The notes: generated from the letters alone by a model not told the origin. Shown: positions 37,364 to 50,785, counted from the whole stretch's first letter. The stretch: DNA of 63,411 bases, filler included, from Collodictyon triciliatum (GCA_043381765.1; 7 parts of 7 records of this genome joined end to end with filler, not necessarily neighbours in it); one strand, 5' to 3'. Numbers and translations are program-made.

Positions 37364-38453
37364 ATGAAGAAAAGAAAACGCCTTGAGTCTGAGAATCTAA
37401 AGTCTGTAAAACCAGACTATCGAAATGTGAAAATACTAAAGTCGATTGTAAAGAATGTGGATGACTATGACAAAATAAACAATATGGTTTAATTGTGTCA
37501 TAATTTGGTTACCGACACTTATCTGTTTGCAAGATGTTACATATTGTAATCAAAACAGCTCCCAACAATCGATGAAATGGAGAGTTTTTTGTATGCTTTA
37601 AAAACTGTCGAAACAGTTTCACAAGATAGACCCGCAAGTTTAAAAAAAACCAGATATGAGAGAAGACATGATGACTTTTTATCTCAATGATTTTCGATTA
37701 CTTTTGTCCCGAGAAGAACGCTTTCCGTCGGTTAGACTCTCTCATGTATTACTGTACTTGGCGAAGCGAATGTTAACAGCCTATCATAATAAAATTAAGG
37801 AACATTTTGTAAAGAGGTTACTGCGCTTTATAAATCAAACAGTTCCTAAAGATGAGAATATTACAGAAGCTATTCAAAATGTAGAGTTACGAAATTAAAA
37901 AAAAAAGCCATCTTCAAGAAACTCGACATACCGGAACAATATAAAGGATGGGCTACAATCCATTTGCATCGTATCATCCCAGCGACATTGTAAATGGTAA
38001 CGAATATGATGTCAAAGTCAATCCAAATAATTACACCATGTTTGATTTACAGGAATCGTATTTTTTGAGGACGTTGGAACCAAACTTTTTCAACCAATCT
38101 CTATAAGAACTAACAATATACCATGTCACATTACACTAGATAGGACATGTTTGATAGGTCTATTAGCATTATCTGGAAAATCATTATTAATGGATAATAT
38201 CAGGATGCAAAGAGACCTATGGGATAAGTTCTTTGAAATGAAGAAGAGGGTCTTTCGTCAAAGAGATTAGAATATTGAATACACGATACAAACAAACAGC
38301 TTGGCGTTGTCATTTTGTTAGAGAAGAAAGGTATTTCAAACTCGAAATTCAATATAATCAAACAACTCAAGAATATGTTTATATAGATGAACTTTCCGAA
38401 GAGCAGTTATCTTTATTAGCGACAAAAAAAAATTTGGGGTGGACACAGGCAAG
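37364..38453 (+). pseudogene. Second Fanzor copy, N-terminus to RuvC-I, disrupted, cut by scaffold end
   Basis: MKKRKR (NLS-like)...LKSIVK...TYLFARCYIL...MLTAYHNKIKEHFVKRLLRFIN...YDVKVNP...LFQPISIRTNNIPCHITLD...GVDTGK; 38094-38453 is a diverged inverted copy of ~36736-37098. Confidence 0.88.
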
Positions 38454-38553
38454 NNNNNNNNNNNNNNNNNNNNNNNNNNNNNNNNNNNNNNNNNNNNTTA
38501 ATTAATTAANNNNNNNNNNNNNNNNNNNNNNNNNNNNNNNNNNNNNNNNNNNN

Positions 38554-38648
<95 letters not shown>

Positions 38649-38768
38649 TCTCTTGCTCCCGAAATCTTATTTTTTTTTTATGCCTGGTTTTCTTCTTCCT
38701 CCTATAATAATTGTTATTTAAACTTCTTTCAGTCTTGTCGATTTCCCTTAAATTTACCATGTGAACAG

Positions 38769-40987
38769 GCAGTTTACTCCCTCTTTGGAAATTTTCCTTT
38801 GATAAAGCAAAGAAACGGACCGTAACATCCATCGCATGGAACCCCGAATACAACGATTTGTTTGCTGTGGGCTATGGTAGCTATGATTTCCTGCGACCTA
38901 CATCAGGTGTGATTGCATGCTTCTCATTGAAAACGCCATCATATCCCGAATTCTGGTTTACCACTGAATCCGGTGTCATGGCTTTGGACTTTCATCCTCA
39001 GGTGTTTATAATATTGCCTCTATAATCATACTTTTTTTTTTCCTTTATTCGATTCAAAGAGTCTCTATAATCATACGTATTCGGCCCTCATAAATTGCAG
39101 TGCTTGATTTCTCATGGGAAAAGAAAAGCCTTTTACCCATCAAGAATCATATTTTGCACTCATCAGAACAACTCTCATAGCATTCCTCGCTTCTGGCCGT
39201 CGGACTGTATGATGGGAGAGTACTTGTCTTTGACATCCAAAATAAGAATAACAGACCCATCTTCCAGTCTAATATTAAGACGGGGAAGCATACCGAGCCT
39301 GTCTGGCAGGTTTGCGGATACACCAACCTAAGCTTTCGTGTCATGGTCATGTCATTTTCTTCTTAATTCTTCCTTTCAATTTGTGCAAGATGGTGAAGGT
39401 CGTGGCTTTGGTTCGCCACCCATTTTTGCCCATGACATGATCATTTTAATTTCAATTGTTAACATCATATCTATTCATGTTCTAGGTAAAATGGCAAGAG
39501 GAAGACTTTGCCAAAGACTTGCAGTTTTACTCTATCTCCTCTGACGGTCGTGTCTGTCTGTGGACCATGTCAAAAACTGGAATCAGTCATAATGTATTGA
39601 TAATATCTTGATATTGAAATTTCTGTATTTATCAAGATTAAGATCGCCACAATATTATCATTATCATTATCATTATCATTATCATTATCATTATCATTAT
39701 CATTATCATTATCGCGATATGCGATTTAATCTTATTTTTTCTTCCGTTTACGACCTCATAATTATAACGATCATGAATATTTTGAAAAGGACATATTGGA
39801 GTTGAAACAGAATCCATCAACAAGTCATGACCCCAATACTGAAGACGACTCAACCATGTACGGACTATCTGCTGGAACAGCCTTAGATTTTAACCGATTC
39901 AGCGAGCACTTGTTCCTTGTTGGGACGGAGGAAGGATCCATTCACAAGTGCTCAAAGGCTTATAATAGACAATACCTCGAGACATACGAGGTAGATTCCG
40001 TCATAAGCATAACAGTACCTAATAATCACATTCTTGGTGAACCTGTGAATCTTATCATATAGGAGCGGTCCAAATCGAGGAACTGCTGCCCTTACACCAA
40101 TGCTGATTAATCTTATATCATATTTAGGGTCATGGGATGGCGGTCTATGGCGTCAAATGGAATCCTTTCCACCCGAAAGCATTCATATCATGCAGTGCTG
40201 ACTGGACAGTGAAAGTGTGGGACCATAGCCGAAAGCAGCCCTTGTTTGCTTATGACTTGAACAGCTCTGTGGGTTCCGTCGCATGGGCTCCCTTTTCATC
40301 AACAACGTTTGCTGCCTGCACTACTGATGGAAAGGTATATTCTTGATAGGTCTTTGCTTTCTCCTAAAGGAATCACTAACTTGATTCTTTATCTTTATAG
40401 GCCTATTTTTTTTTTTTTTTGGAAGTTGTTAACAATTTCATAATTTTTATTTTCGTGTGACCCAAGGTTCATATTTTCGATTTGGGCATCAACAAGCATG
40501 AATCACTGTGTGAACAACCCATCGTGAAAAAATCTAAACTCACACAGATAGTATTCAACCCTAAGGTAAACGTTCATTGTTTTCTTTATATAATATTTAT
40601 ATACATACATGATAATAAAAGCGGAATCAAAGAGGTGAACATATCCCAAAGCCATGACTGTGTTATTCCTCTGCAAATTTCAAATATCCACTATGACTCT
40701 GTCGAGTGAAAACGAGCTAGAAGCGATGCAACAATAATAATAAAAATACATACGATAATATATTACTATGCGTGACAAAAAAAAAACCATGCTGCATTTG
40801 CTGACGGAATAAATAAACGTGTGCAACACATCAGGAACCGATTGTCCTTGTGGGAGATGACAGAGGCGGAGTATCCTGCTTGAAGTTGTCTCCAAATCTG
40901 CGCGTACATGGAACGGCCGAAAGTGAGCATGACAAGATGGAGCAAATGCTGTCCCTGGTGAAGCCTTCGCCCAATGCCCAAGAATAG
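38769..40987 (+). CDS. DNAI1: Axonemal dynein intermediate chain 1 (WD40), 5'-partial
   Basis: [97 protein letters not shown]. Confidence 0.93.
39033..39063 (-). mobile_element. Poly(A)-tailed micro-insertion with 14-bp TSD (other copies ~15360, ~51570, ~54762, ~61297, ~61858)
   Basis: ACTCTTTGAATCGAATAAAGG-A10 flanked by direct repeat CTCTATAATCATAC. Confidence 0.75.
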
Positions 40988-41027
40988 CGGATTTGTCCCA
41001 CAAACTGTCATTCATTCATCACACTCC

Positions 41028-41090
41028 ATCACACCCCATCACACCCCATCACACCCCCATCACACCCCATCACACCCCATCACACCCCAT
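41028..41090. repeat. (ATCACACCCC)n 10-mer tandem repeat, about 6 copies
   Basis: Direct inspection. Confidence 0.9.
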
Positions 41091-41354
41091 TTCACTCCAT
41101 CGCGATTGTTCTCATCAAACACCTCTATTCGGGGACATACCCATCACCGTGGAAAGCACTCGAAGGCAACCTCGCCATGAGTCCACGATAAAGGAACCGA
41201 ATAACCAGAATACGGCGAATGAGGAGCAAAAGTAGAATGTATCACCTCTGCTTCTTTCAGAGAAAGTAGAAAGAGAGAGGAAGAAGGAGCAAACAACCCG
41301 CACGCAAAGCCCACCAACACAGCGAGACACTCATCACACATAACACAACAAAGC

Positions 41355-44300
41355 ATGAGCTTGAACCTGCGAGCGGACACACTCGACAGAGTCTACGCAA
41401 GCGCAAGTGCAAACACAGAGCCGTTCTATGCGAGGGACTATGAATCTGACCCGTTCAAGGCTGCGGGCGAAGCAGATCTGAACCCGGCTGCTTCGGCCAT
41501 GATCCGGTGTATACTTGATCCACTGAGCAACGAGGTTGCAAGTTTGGAGTCAGGCGTCAAATCCTTATCCAGACTGACAAGTGAGTCGCAGCTCCAAAGC
41601 ATTCGCGGAGGACAAACAAACTTATTCCAAGCCTTGGCCGACCCGCCTTCGGCGCACAAGGAGTCTGCCGCCCATCTACATACATTACTGAGTGCGCATA
41701 TGCGTCCCATCATCCAGTCCACGGAAAGATTGCAGGGCCTTATTGCCGTAACAAAAGAGCGTTTGGTTAAGTTTGCTTTGTCCACAACATCACAGGCAAG
41801 CACATATCTACCTCCCCGTCACTACGTACATGCACATAGAGAAAAAGCCGCGCCCACCTATGACATCGAAAGCATGAGTGCTCGACTGGGTGGCCGAGAT
41901 AGGGTGGTCGCTTTTGGGCCGGATGATGCAACTCCGCTCACCCATGTAATGCCTCGTGGAGTGGAAAAGGAAGCCGCTCGGATGGCACAGCTACATGCTA
42001 TCGAGACGGCGATGGAAAGGCGTGCAAGCCAGGCGGTTATAGACAAAGAGCAAACCATAGCCCAATTGAGGGAGCAGTGCGTAAGCTATTCCCAAACACA
42101 AGCCATGGATAGGCAGCTCCTACAAGATGCACAGAAGCAGCTTACTATTGCGTAAAATGACTTAAGATTTTTTTCCCTTCCTTTCCCCTTTTTTTGTTCT
42201 TTTCTATTCTTTTCTTTGTTTTATTTGGGGTTGCTCATGTTTTCTTGTGTTCGCTCAGGTTTTCTTATGTTTCTTCTTATATTTTCATTCTTGGTTTTGA
42301 ATCATGTCTTTTAGGAACAAAAAGATCGAGCAATACGAGACAGCTTACAAGAGGCAGAAAGAACAAATTCATCGCCTAGAAGGCAGCCTAGAGCAATCCC
42401 GTCGTGATCTTTCCGAGGCCAGAGGAGAGATTGTACAAACAAGACATGCAATTAATCATATGCGCAAAAACGAGATGGAGGCACATCACCGAAAAGAAGA
42501 GGTTGAAAGTGTTGCCATGGGTACAAAGAGGAGTTTTCAGGAACTTAATATTCTATTGATCGAATTGAAGCAAGAATTGAAAGAGGCAAAGAGGTTAGAG
42601 GATGCCTCCAAGCGCGAGCTATTGGACCTTAAGAAGCAAGATGGAGAAACGCAACAACAGTTGACGGATTTGAAAAGAAATGAGGGAGCACTTTCGAAAG
42701 AAAATATGGAACTTAAAGCACAATGCGAATCATTGGCGAAAGACCTCTTGCAGCTTCGAGGGTCAGATAACCCCCTTAAAATGGAAATAGTCGAGTTGAA
42801 GTTACAGAATGAAGTTCTGAAGAGAAACATCACTGACTTGAGTAGAAATGAGGCGTTCAAGTTCAGAGAATTGAATGATATGAGACTTCGAGAACAAGAA
42901 ACCAAATCTCTACTCACTGAAGCCAGAGCCCGAGAGGATGTTTCCAAGAAGGAACTCGCCGAGTCGTTAAAAAATGCCATGTCATTACAACGAGATTGTT
43001 CTGAGATCAAAATCCAATTGGATACTCTCAAAAGAGACTTGATTGACACAAAAAAAGTCGAGGATTCACTTCGGAAAGAAGTATTGGAGCTCAGATGCCG
43101 TGATGAAACTGCCAGGCGGGGATTTTTGGATCTTAGGAGTAGAGACGAGACGATAAGAAAAGACATCGTAGACGCCAAGAAAAATGAGGAGCTTGCCAAA
43201 AAGGAGGTGGCAGAATCTAAAAGGAATGAAGAGGCACTGAAGATTGAAATAGCTGAAATGAAGAGACATTTTGAAGGATTGAACGCAATTATAATTAGGT
43301 TAAGGGAAGAATTGAAGGAGACGACTCTCCGTGAAGAATCAGTTCAACAAGAACTCCGGGAGCTAAAAAGGATAGGGGAATGCGAAAGGGCGCAACTAGT
43401 TCAATTCAAACTTAATGAGGAATTACAAAAGAGAGACCACTCGAATCTGAGAAACGAAATCGACCACCTTAATAGCATTATATCTAATATGAAATCAAAT
43501 GAAGAGGCATTAAAAAAGGAATTGTCTGAGGTAAAGAATCGCGAGGAAATGTCTAGAAAAGGCCTTTTGGAGATGAAGAGTAGGGAGGACCTACTGAAAA
43601 AGGATTTCGCAGAGGCTAAGGTGAGCGAACAAATTTTCAAAAAGGATGCCATCGAGGCAAAGAAGGAGGAGGAGAGAGTCAAAAAGAGTCTCCTGGAGTC
43701 TAAGCAGAGTGAGGAGAATGCAAAACTAGAAATTCAACAAATGAAAAGATTCGAAAGCAGCCTAAAACAAGAAATAACCGAGGCAAGGAAAAATGAGGAT
43801 TTACTGAGGCAAGAGGTCACAGAAATAAAGAAAAAAGAAGACCATCTGAAGGCGGAAGTGGCTGAGGCGAGAAAGAATGAAGAAAAATGGAAGCAAGATT
43901 TGTTCCAATTACAAAAAGATATGGATGATTCAAGAAGCACGATAAAATCCCTCAAAGATGTGGTCGAGGCAAAAGAAAAGGAAATCTCGCAAGTGAGGCA
44001 AGGGGACTTGGAAAAGATGAACCTAGTCCAACAACTAAAGGAGCGCAACCGCGAGCTTGAATACTTGTTGATGGAGAAGGACTCGAGGATTAAAAAGGAA
44101 TCACTACACCGCGAGCAGCTCAGACAGAGGCGCAACCAAGCCCAAATGTTGTTGCAAATCGCGCTTGAAAAGCCAAAAAGTCAGGAACCCCCCATGAACT
44201 ATCGAATTCCCGAACCTGTCTACAACCATAGTCAAAATCACGCTGCGAGTAGCACACGCCGTTGTCACGAAAGAAAGCAATCGGACTTGGTTGACTTGGT

Positions 44301-44355
44301 CGACCTTGCCGAGGATGAAAATGGGAATGAGAGGAGACTCCCCGCGTTTGATTGA
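41355..44355 (+). CDS. Large coiled-coil protein (2 exons, about 945 aa)
   Basis: ORFs 41355-42155 and 42304-44355 join in frame via a GT(42152)-AG(42315) intron (..TIA|NKKIE..); 14-aa-periodic E/K/R-rich repeats. Confidence 0.8.
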
Positions 44356-44636
44356 AGAGAATAAAATATTATTTCAACATGGAAAAAATGCCATTGATAA
44401 TATGGATTCCGATAAGCTTGAAAAAAAAAAATCTAGAACCTTTCCCGCATCGCCCACCAGAGCGTGGTGAAAAAAAAAAGTGTTGTGTTGAGAACCAAAA
44501 GAATTATTCAAGTACAGTATAATTTAATCCATATTAACATATAAGGACAAATTCTTTGAATTTTAGCAGGAAGTTGTTCCTTTGGAATTTCTCAATTTTT
44601 TTTTCTCTGTCGTGTTCGTCGCATGGAACCACATAT

Positions 44637-44665
44637 CCTCTTTCCGCTTCGACTCTTCCTTCGCG
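44637..44665 (+). promoter_or_regulatory. Pyrimidine-rich (TOP-like) transcription start region of RPL8, followed by a 5'UTR intron (~44694-45133)
   Basis: CCTCTTTCCG...CTCTTCCTTC; GTAAGT donor; TTCTCTTACAG acceptor 10 nt before the ATG. Confidence 0.5.
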
Positions 44666-45143
44666 TACCACCAGCAAGTCACGCCTGCTAAAAGTAAGTT
44701 GAAGTACCCCAGCCCTTGGCACACAACCAAAAAGGCTCTCAAACAGCCGACCCCGCGCTGACTATATGGCCTGTGCGGAAAGATTTGACCTGGTCTAAAC
44801 TATCTGGACGACACCAAGAGCGATTTAAAGAGCCCTATCCAAGGGCCTAGCCTTGATCTGATCATCTAACCATTGCCAGCGGACAGAGATATTTAAGATT
44901 GTGAAAGTTGGGGCGTCAATCATTCCCTCTGAGAAACCAAGTCTAGCAGCCACGATACCTTTTGTGAGCACGACAGGACGCACCAAACAACCATTTGTTT
45001 ATTGAATTTTGCTGAGCCACACTGCAAAATTTGCTGCGATCACCACAACTGCCGATCACTGGCCCTTGAATTCGTCACATAATTCAGATCACTAACTACC
45101 ATGTGTTCTTTTACCTTACCTTTTCTCTTACAGACAGAACAAA

Positions 45144-46304
45144 ATGGGTCGTGTTCTCCGCGGTGAGTCTGATATCTTTTCATGAAACGTACTCTCAATA
45201 TGCGCTCAACGCACTTCTCACTGGAGCCATTCTTTTCATCACACAGCTCAAAGACGTGGTTCTGGAAGCATCTTCACCGTGAGTTGTTACTAATTTATTA
45301 CAATATGTTTGCCTTTCTCCCTGCTACCCCTATCACGACAGATCCCTAAGGTGTTCTGAACTTTTTCGTCCTTTCTTTCCTCTCCAGAGCCACACCAAGC
45401 ACCGCAAGGGCGCTGCCAAGCTCCGCAACTACGACTATGCCGAGCGCCACGGATACATCAAGGGTATCGTGAAGGAAATCATCCACGACCCTGGACGCGG
45501 AGCCCCCCTTGCCCGCATCCACTTCCGCAATCCCTACAAATACAAGTGCGTCTAGTTGCATACAACTTTACTACTTGTCCTCAGGCTCATGCTCGTTATC
45601 CCACAAACACCAGCGACTCACCATCTTTGCCACGTCCGCAGGGTGGACAAGGAGACCCTCGTTGCCGTCGAAGGCATGTACACCGGCCAGTTTGTCTATC
45701 ACGGCAAAAAAGCCCAGCTCAGCGTCGGAAACGTGCTGCCTGTTAGCATCATGCCCGAAGGTACTGTTGTCAGCAACGTCGAGGCCCGCACTGGTGACAA
45801 GGGCAAGTACGCCCGCACCTCCGGCACATACGCCACCATTGTCGGACACAGCGAGGATGGCCGCACCCGCATCAAGCTGCCCTCAGGCGCAAAGAAGGTC
45901 ATTGCCGGCGACGCTCGCGCCATCGTCGGTCTAGTTGCTGGCGGAGGCCGTATTGAGAAGCCCATCCTCAAGGCCGGCCGCGCCTACCACAAGTACAAGG
46001 CCAAGCGCAACTGCTGGCCCGTTGTCCGTGGTGTTGCTATGAATCCTGTTGAGCATCCTCACGGAGGAGGTAATCACCAGCACGTTGGTCACGCTACCAC
46101 CGTGAAGCGCTCCGCCCCCCCTGGCGCCAAGGTCTGTTTTTGCTGAGACATCTCTAGTGTCTTTATCATAATGCTTAAGAGTCTAGCGCTTAACATTTCA
46201 TTAACCCTGTATTTTTCTTCGATGTCGAACAGGTCGGTCTCATTGCAGCCCGCCGCACTGGTCGTCTCCGTGGTACCAAGGTTGTCTTCAAGAAGGACGA
46301 CTAA
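45144..46304 (+). CDS. RPL8: 60S ribosomal protein L8 (uL2), 5 coding exons
   Basis: [60 protein letters not shown]..|[14 protein letters not shown]. Confidence 0.98.
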
Positions 46305-46419
46305 GCCGTTCAATAAATCTGTGCACTTTAACCGACACCAGACTGCGACGCCCAGCCAGCCAGCCTCAACCCATTGCCACAGCGTCTATATGAGTTTCTT
46401 TATTCACACGATCTTGCAG

Positions 46420-47926
46420 GAGGTGACTTGCATATGTGCGGCTAGCTAATCAGGCACTCGCTCTTCTTTTTGTGCCGCATGGGTGGAGAATACAGGGCCT
46501 GGCGTTGTGTTCCCTGGTGTGTGTAAAAGTCCCAGTCAGCCGCTATGTCCCGTAAGAAACCACCCCATCAGATATCAAGCCACACTCACCACACCCCCGT
46601 TCGGGCCGACGTGCGATGCAAACGTCACTCCACGACGTGCATCGTTTGGCCCGGCTGCTGCAAACCCCATGGACTGTGGCCGCGCAGCCAAGCAACTCTG
46701 GCCGGCAGGCCGGTTCGTCCCCAGCAGCGGGTTCATGTGGGCCAGCGGGTTGGCTCCAGCCTGACCTATTGAAGAAGGAAGGCGGTTGAGTCCATGTGCG
46801 GCATCAGCACGCCAGACGCAGGGCTGCTTTTACTCGGTTGCTTCCCCAGGAGCGGGTTTGACAGGGTGGAGTGTCTCTGCAGCGGGTTGTTGCTCGTTGC
46901 CGGCTTCTTCTGCGTCAGGGGATTTGGGACTGCGGTGGCGGGCTGAGGGCGGGGTGATTGGACAGGCGGCTGTGGTGGAGATGCTTGCGTGATGAAGTTT
47001 TGATGAGGTGGAGATGCTTGTGTGATGATGGTTTGTTGGGGTGATGATTGTGTGATGAAGTTTTGATGAGGCGGAGAAGCTTGTGTGTTGATGGTTTGTC
47101 GGGGTGATGCTTGTGTGGTAGTCTGCTGAGGTGGAGGTGCTTGTGTGGTGATGATTTGTCGGGGTGATGCGTGCGCGGCTGTCGGATTGTATGATGTGAT
47201 GGGTGAAGGCGGTAGGGCCAAGTGGCTCGGCAATGTGATGGGTGATTGCTGGGCGGGCTCAGACGGGAGAAGGACAAGACTCTGGGGCGGCTGTGCGATG
47301 ATGGTGTTTGTGATGTGCGGTTTGTGGAGCGTGGCTAAAGCTGGGAGGCTGGGCATGGACGCAGACCGGATGTCACGTGTGATGGCCGTGGTGTTTGGCG
47401 TGGCGGTGTGTGTGGCGTATGCGTGGATGATTGGAGACTGGACCAGAACGGGCGGGGCGGGGATGACGAGAGGTGTGGCTTTTTGTGGCGGCGCGTGTCT
47501 GTTGTTTGTGCGTTCGTTTGGGTCTGTGCGGTTGTTTGGGTCTGTCTCCGTCTCCGTCTCTGTTTCTGTCTCGTCCTCCACGGTGATTTCGGGGCTGCGT
47601 GTGAGGCAATCGGCGGGGTTCTAGAGAGGAGTGAATCATCAGCATATTCGTCATCTTAGTGCATGGGCATTGGAGCAGTGTGGGTGAAGGTGTGATGGAA
47701 TTATGTGTGTTTTAATGGCGATTCTGGGCTTGGCTTCTGTTGCTGTAATCGCTAGGGAATTGTTCCTTTTTTTTTTTCTTTCTATTTTTTTTTTTTTTGA
47801 ATTGTAATTCTTGAATGTTACTTGGGTTTGTGTCATATCTGCACCAAAGTTACTCGGGTCAAGGCTAAGATATTTCTGAGGAATGTTCTGCCCGGTTAGC
47901 CACTCTGCCGCTGTCTGGATGGACAT
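46420..47926 (-). CDS. Hypothetical Pro/Gln/Thr-rich multi-exon protein with (I)TQASP(P) repeats (3' end approximate)
   Basis: Exon 1 MSIQTAAEWL...TQTQ|GT; long open exon ~46830-47600 with 30/33-bp repeats; further GC-rich exon to ~46590. Confidence 0.55.
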
Positions 47927-47990
47927 CCAGCTCCGTGTTGGTGGGTAGATTTCATAAGAAAATCCAGAATCCTAGAATGTGTTTATGCGT

Positions 47991-48089
<99 letters not shown>

Positions 48090-48692
48090 NNNNNNNNNNN
48101 NNNNNNNNNNNNNNNNNNNNNNNNNNNNNNNNNTTAATTAATTAANNNNNNNNNNNNNNNNNNNNNNNNNNNNNNNNNNNNNNNNNNNNAACAAAAAGGA
48201 GGTTTCTGGTCATTAAGGAGGAATGTAAAAAAAAAAAAAAAAAGGAAAGAAAAGAAGCTTGTTGCGCACTTGCCGTGCAAAGCATATCTTGATTGTCTAT
48301 CCTTCCCTTCCAGCTTTCGCAAATTGCTCTACCTTAACTTTAAGGATAATTTTGCTTTGTCATTCCCTGCCATCAAAGATCAACACAGAGCAACAAAGAA
48401 AATAAGTGCATGTGGCTTGTGGCTGTCTTCTTCAATCCGAGGGCGACCCCGTCAATACATCCTCCTTCTTTCTTTCATCCCTCTTTCTTCTATATATTCT
48501 CGCGACACATCTATTTTTTTCAATCTTTCTTTCTTTCTTTCCCTATGATTCACACCGTCACTTTTTGTCTCCATCCACAAAGCCAACACCCACAACGCCC
48601 GCTTCCATCACAGCACCCACCAAAAAGGCGACAAGAAGGAAAAAAAAACACGACGTTTTCATACCTCTTCTGGAGTTTATTGACAATGAGCG

Positions 48693-49295
48693 CTATTCGA
48701 GGGCGGAGAGCCCATCTCTCATCTTTGCGGCTGTGTCCTGAATCTTGACGAGCGTGTCGTATCTGCGAAGAAGCGCTTCGGGCGTGGACTGCGAAGAGTC
48801 GGCTATCTTGACGACCAGCTGCTTGCACAGCTTCATCAGCTCCTCCATGGGCAACTGCACAAGTTCCTGGATCTCTGGGGTTTCAGGCGTCTGCGATGGC
48901 GGCTCAGCTGCTCTGGCTGGACTTTCGCATGCTCTTTCCGGTCCGTCGTCAGCGATTGGGGTTGACGCGCCGCGACTGTTTCCTTTGCGTCCGCGGAATG
49001 TGGTGTTGAGGGCTATGGCCAGCGCAGCCTCTGCAATGACGAGGGCAAAGCGGCTGATTAATTGCTTGTCATGACCAGCACTGCGGGTTCGTGGCGATCA
49101 GGCCTCTGCGCAGGTTTCCCTTTGTATGCCAGGGAATATGCGGTCTGGTTGCGTTTTTCTTTGAATATATATGCGTGTGTGTGTTTGTGTGTGTGGAAGG
49201 ATAAGAGGAGTGAAAAATGTTGAGTCTCTAGCACGGTGTTCGCTACCTGACACTGTGTTTGACAAGTTTTGCTGGGCGGATTCCTCGGCTGACAT
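48693..49295 (-). CDS. Small hypothetical protein (about 130 aa, 2 exons) downstream of tRNA-Gly; second copy starts at 50689
   Basis: MSAEESAQQNLSNTVS, phase-1 intron GTAGCG...TTGCAG, then EAALAIAL...ELMKLCKQLVVKI...GLSALE*. Confidence 0.55.
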
Positions 49296-49394
49296 CTTGA
49301 AGCGGCTGGTAAAAAAGAAAAGGAATGGCTTTTGCTGTGAGTTTTCTCGATTCTGATCTGAGCACAAAGCGGAAGAAATATCCACCAAAAAGAT

Positions 49395-49465
49395 TGCATT
49401 GTCCGGGAATCGAACCCGGGTCGACAGCTTGGAAGGCTATCATGCTGCCACTACACCAACAATGC
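49395..49465 (-). tRNA. tRNA-Gly (TCC), copy 1
   Basis: GCATTGT...ACAATGC-A acceptor, loop CT TCC AA, GGGTTCGATTCCC, T5 terminator. Confidence 0.95.
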
Positions 49466-49486
49466 TTCTTGCCCAGTTGGCCATCT

Positions 49487-49862
49487 ATATTAGATTTATA
49501 CCGTATATGTTTTTGTAAATATTAGATTTGTACCGTATATGTTTTTTTGTAAAAATATTACATTTGTACCGTATATGTTTTTTTGTAATAATATTACATT
49601 TGTACCGTATATGTTTTTTGTAAAAATATTAGATTTGTACCGTATATGTTTTTTTGTAAAAATATTACATTTGTACCGTATATGTTTTTATATGTAAAAT
49701 GTATATTAGTTTTGTATATATGTTTTTATATGTAAAATCTATATTAGTTTTGTATATATATGTTATTATATGTAAAATCTATATTACTTTTGTATCATAT
49801 ATATTTTTATATGTAAAATCTATATTACTTTTGTATCATATATGTTTTTACATGAATTCTAT
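49487..49862. repeat. AT-rich 34-41 bp minisatellite, about 10 units; second array ~50877-51260
   Basis: TATTAGATTTGTACCGTATATGTTTTTTTGTAAAAA units grading into TATATTACTTTTGTATCATATATGTTTTTATATGTAAAATC. Confidence 0.9.
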
Positions 49863-50785
49863 ACTATAATATAAGAAAATTGTTCTATATTAGTTTTGTA
49901 TCGGTATATATCATATATATTTCTCTTTCATTTTATAAATTATGTTAATGTTTTTATCATTTTATATTTTCTCATTTGTCCTTATATTTGTAGTTTTATA
50001 TAATTTGTTTTCTCATATTGATTCTATTCNNNNNNNNNNNNNNNNNNNNNNNNNNNNNNNNNNNNNNNNNNNNNNNNNNNNNNNNNNNNNNNNNNNNNNN
50101 NNNNNNNNNNNNNNNNNNNNNNNNNNNNNNNNNNNNNNNNNNNNNNNNNNNNNNNNNNNNNNNNNNNNNNNNNNNNNNNNNNNNNNNNNNNNNNNNNNNN
50201 NNNNNNNNNNNNNNNNNNNNNNNNNNNNNNNNNNNNNNNNNNNNNNNNNNNNNNNNNNNNNNNNNNNNNNNNNNNNNNNNNNNNNNNNNNNNNNNNNNNN
50301 NNNNNNNNNNNNNNNNNNNNNNNNNNNNNNNNNNNNNNNNNNGTCCGTCGTCAGCGATTGGGGTTGACGCGCCGCGACTGTTTCCTTTGCGTCCGCGGAA
50401 TGTGGTGTTGAGGGCTATGGCCAGCGCAGCCTCTGCAATGATGAGGGCAAAGCGGCTGATTAATTGCTTGTCATGACCAGCACTGCGGGTTCGTGGCGAT
50501 CAGGCCTCTGCGCAGGTTTCCCTTTGTCTGCCAGGGAATATGCGGTCTGGTTGCGTTTTTCTTTGAATATATATGCGTGTGTGTGTGTGGAAGGATAAGA
50601 GGAGTGAGAAATGTTGTGTCTCTAGCAGGGTGTTCGCTACCTGACACTGTGTTTGACAAGTTTTGCTGGGCGGATTCCTCGGCTGACATCTTGAAGCGGC
50701 TGGTAAAAAAAAAGGAAGGCTTTTGCTGTGAGTTTCTCGATTCTGATCTGTGCACAAAGCGGAAGAAATATCCACCAAAAAGGAT

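Noticed and set aside
35957-38453. Alternative genetic code explaining Fanzor in-frame stops
   Set aside because: All three stop types and frameshifts occur; host genes terminate at normal TAA/TAG/TGA.
44851-44940. TPP-riboswitch-like words (TGATCTG...TGCCAGCG; GGGG...CTGAGA)
   Set aside because: The motifs are in reverse order, the P3/P5 pairings are missing, and the host gene is unrelated to thiamine.
49098-49100. In-frame TGA as selenocysteine or readthrough in the small gene
   Set aside because: A phase-compatible GT-AG intron removes it, and copy 2 has a frame-changing indel in the same segment.
49487-49862. ~36-bp repeats as a CRISPR array
   Set aside because: Units are head-to-tail with no unique spacers and drift gradually; no cas genes; eukaryotic context.
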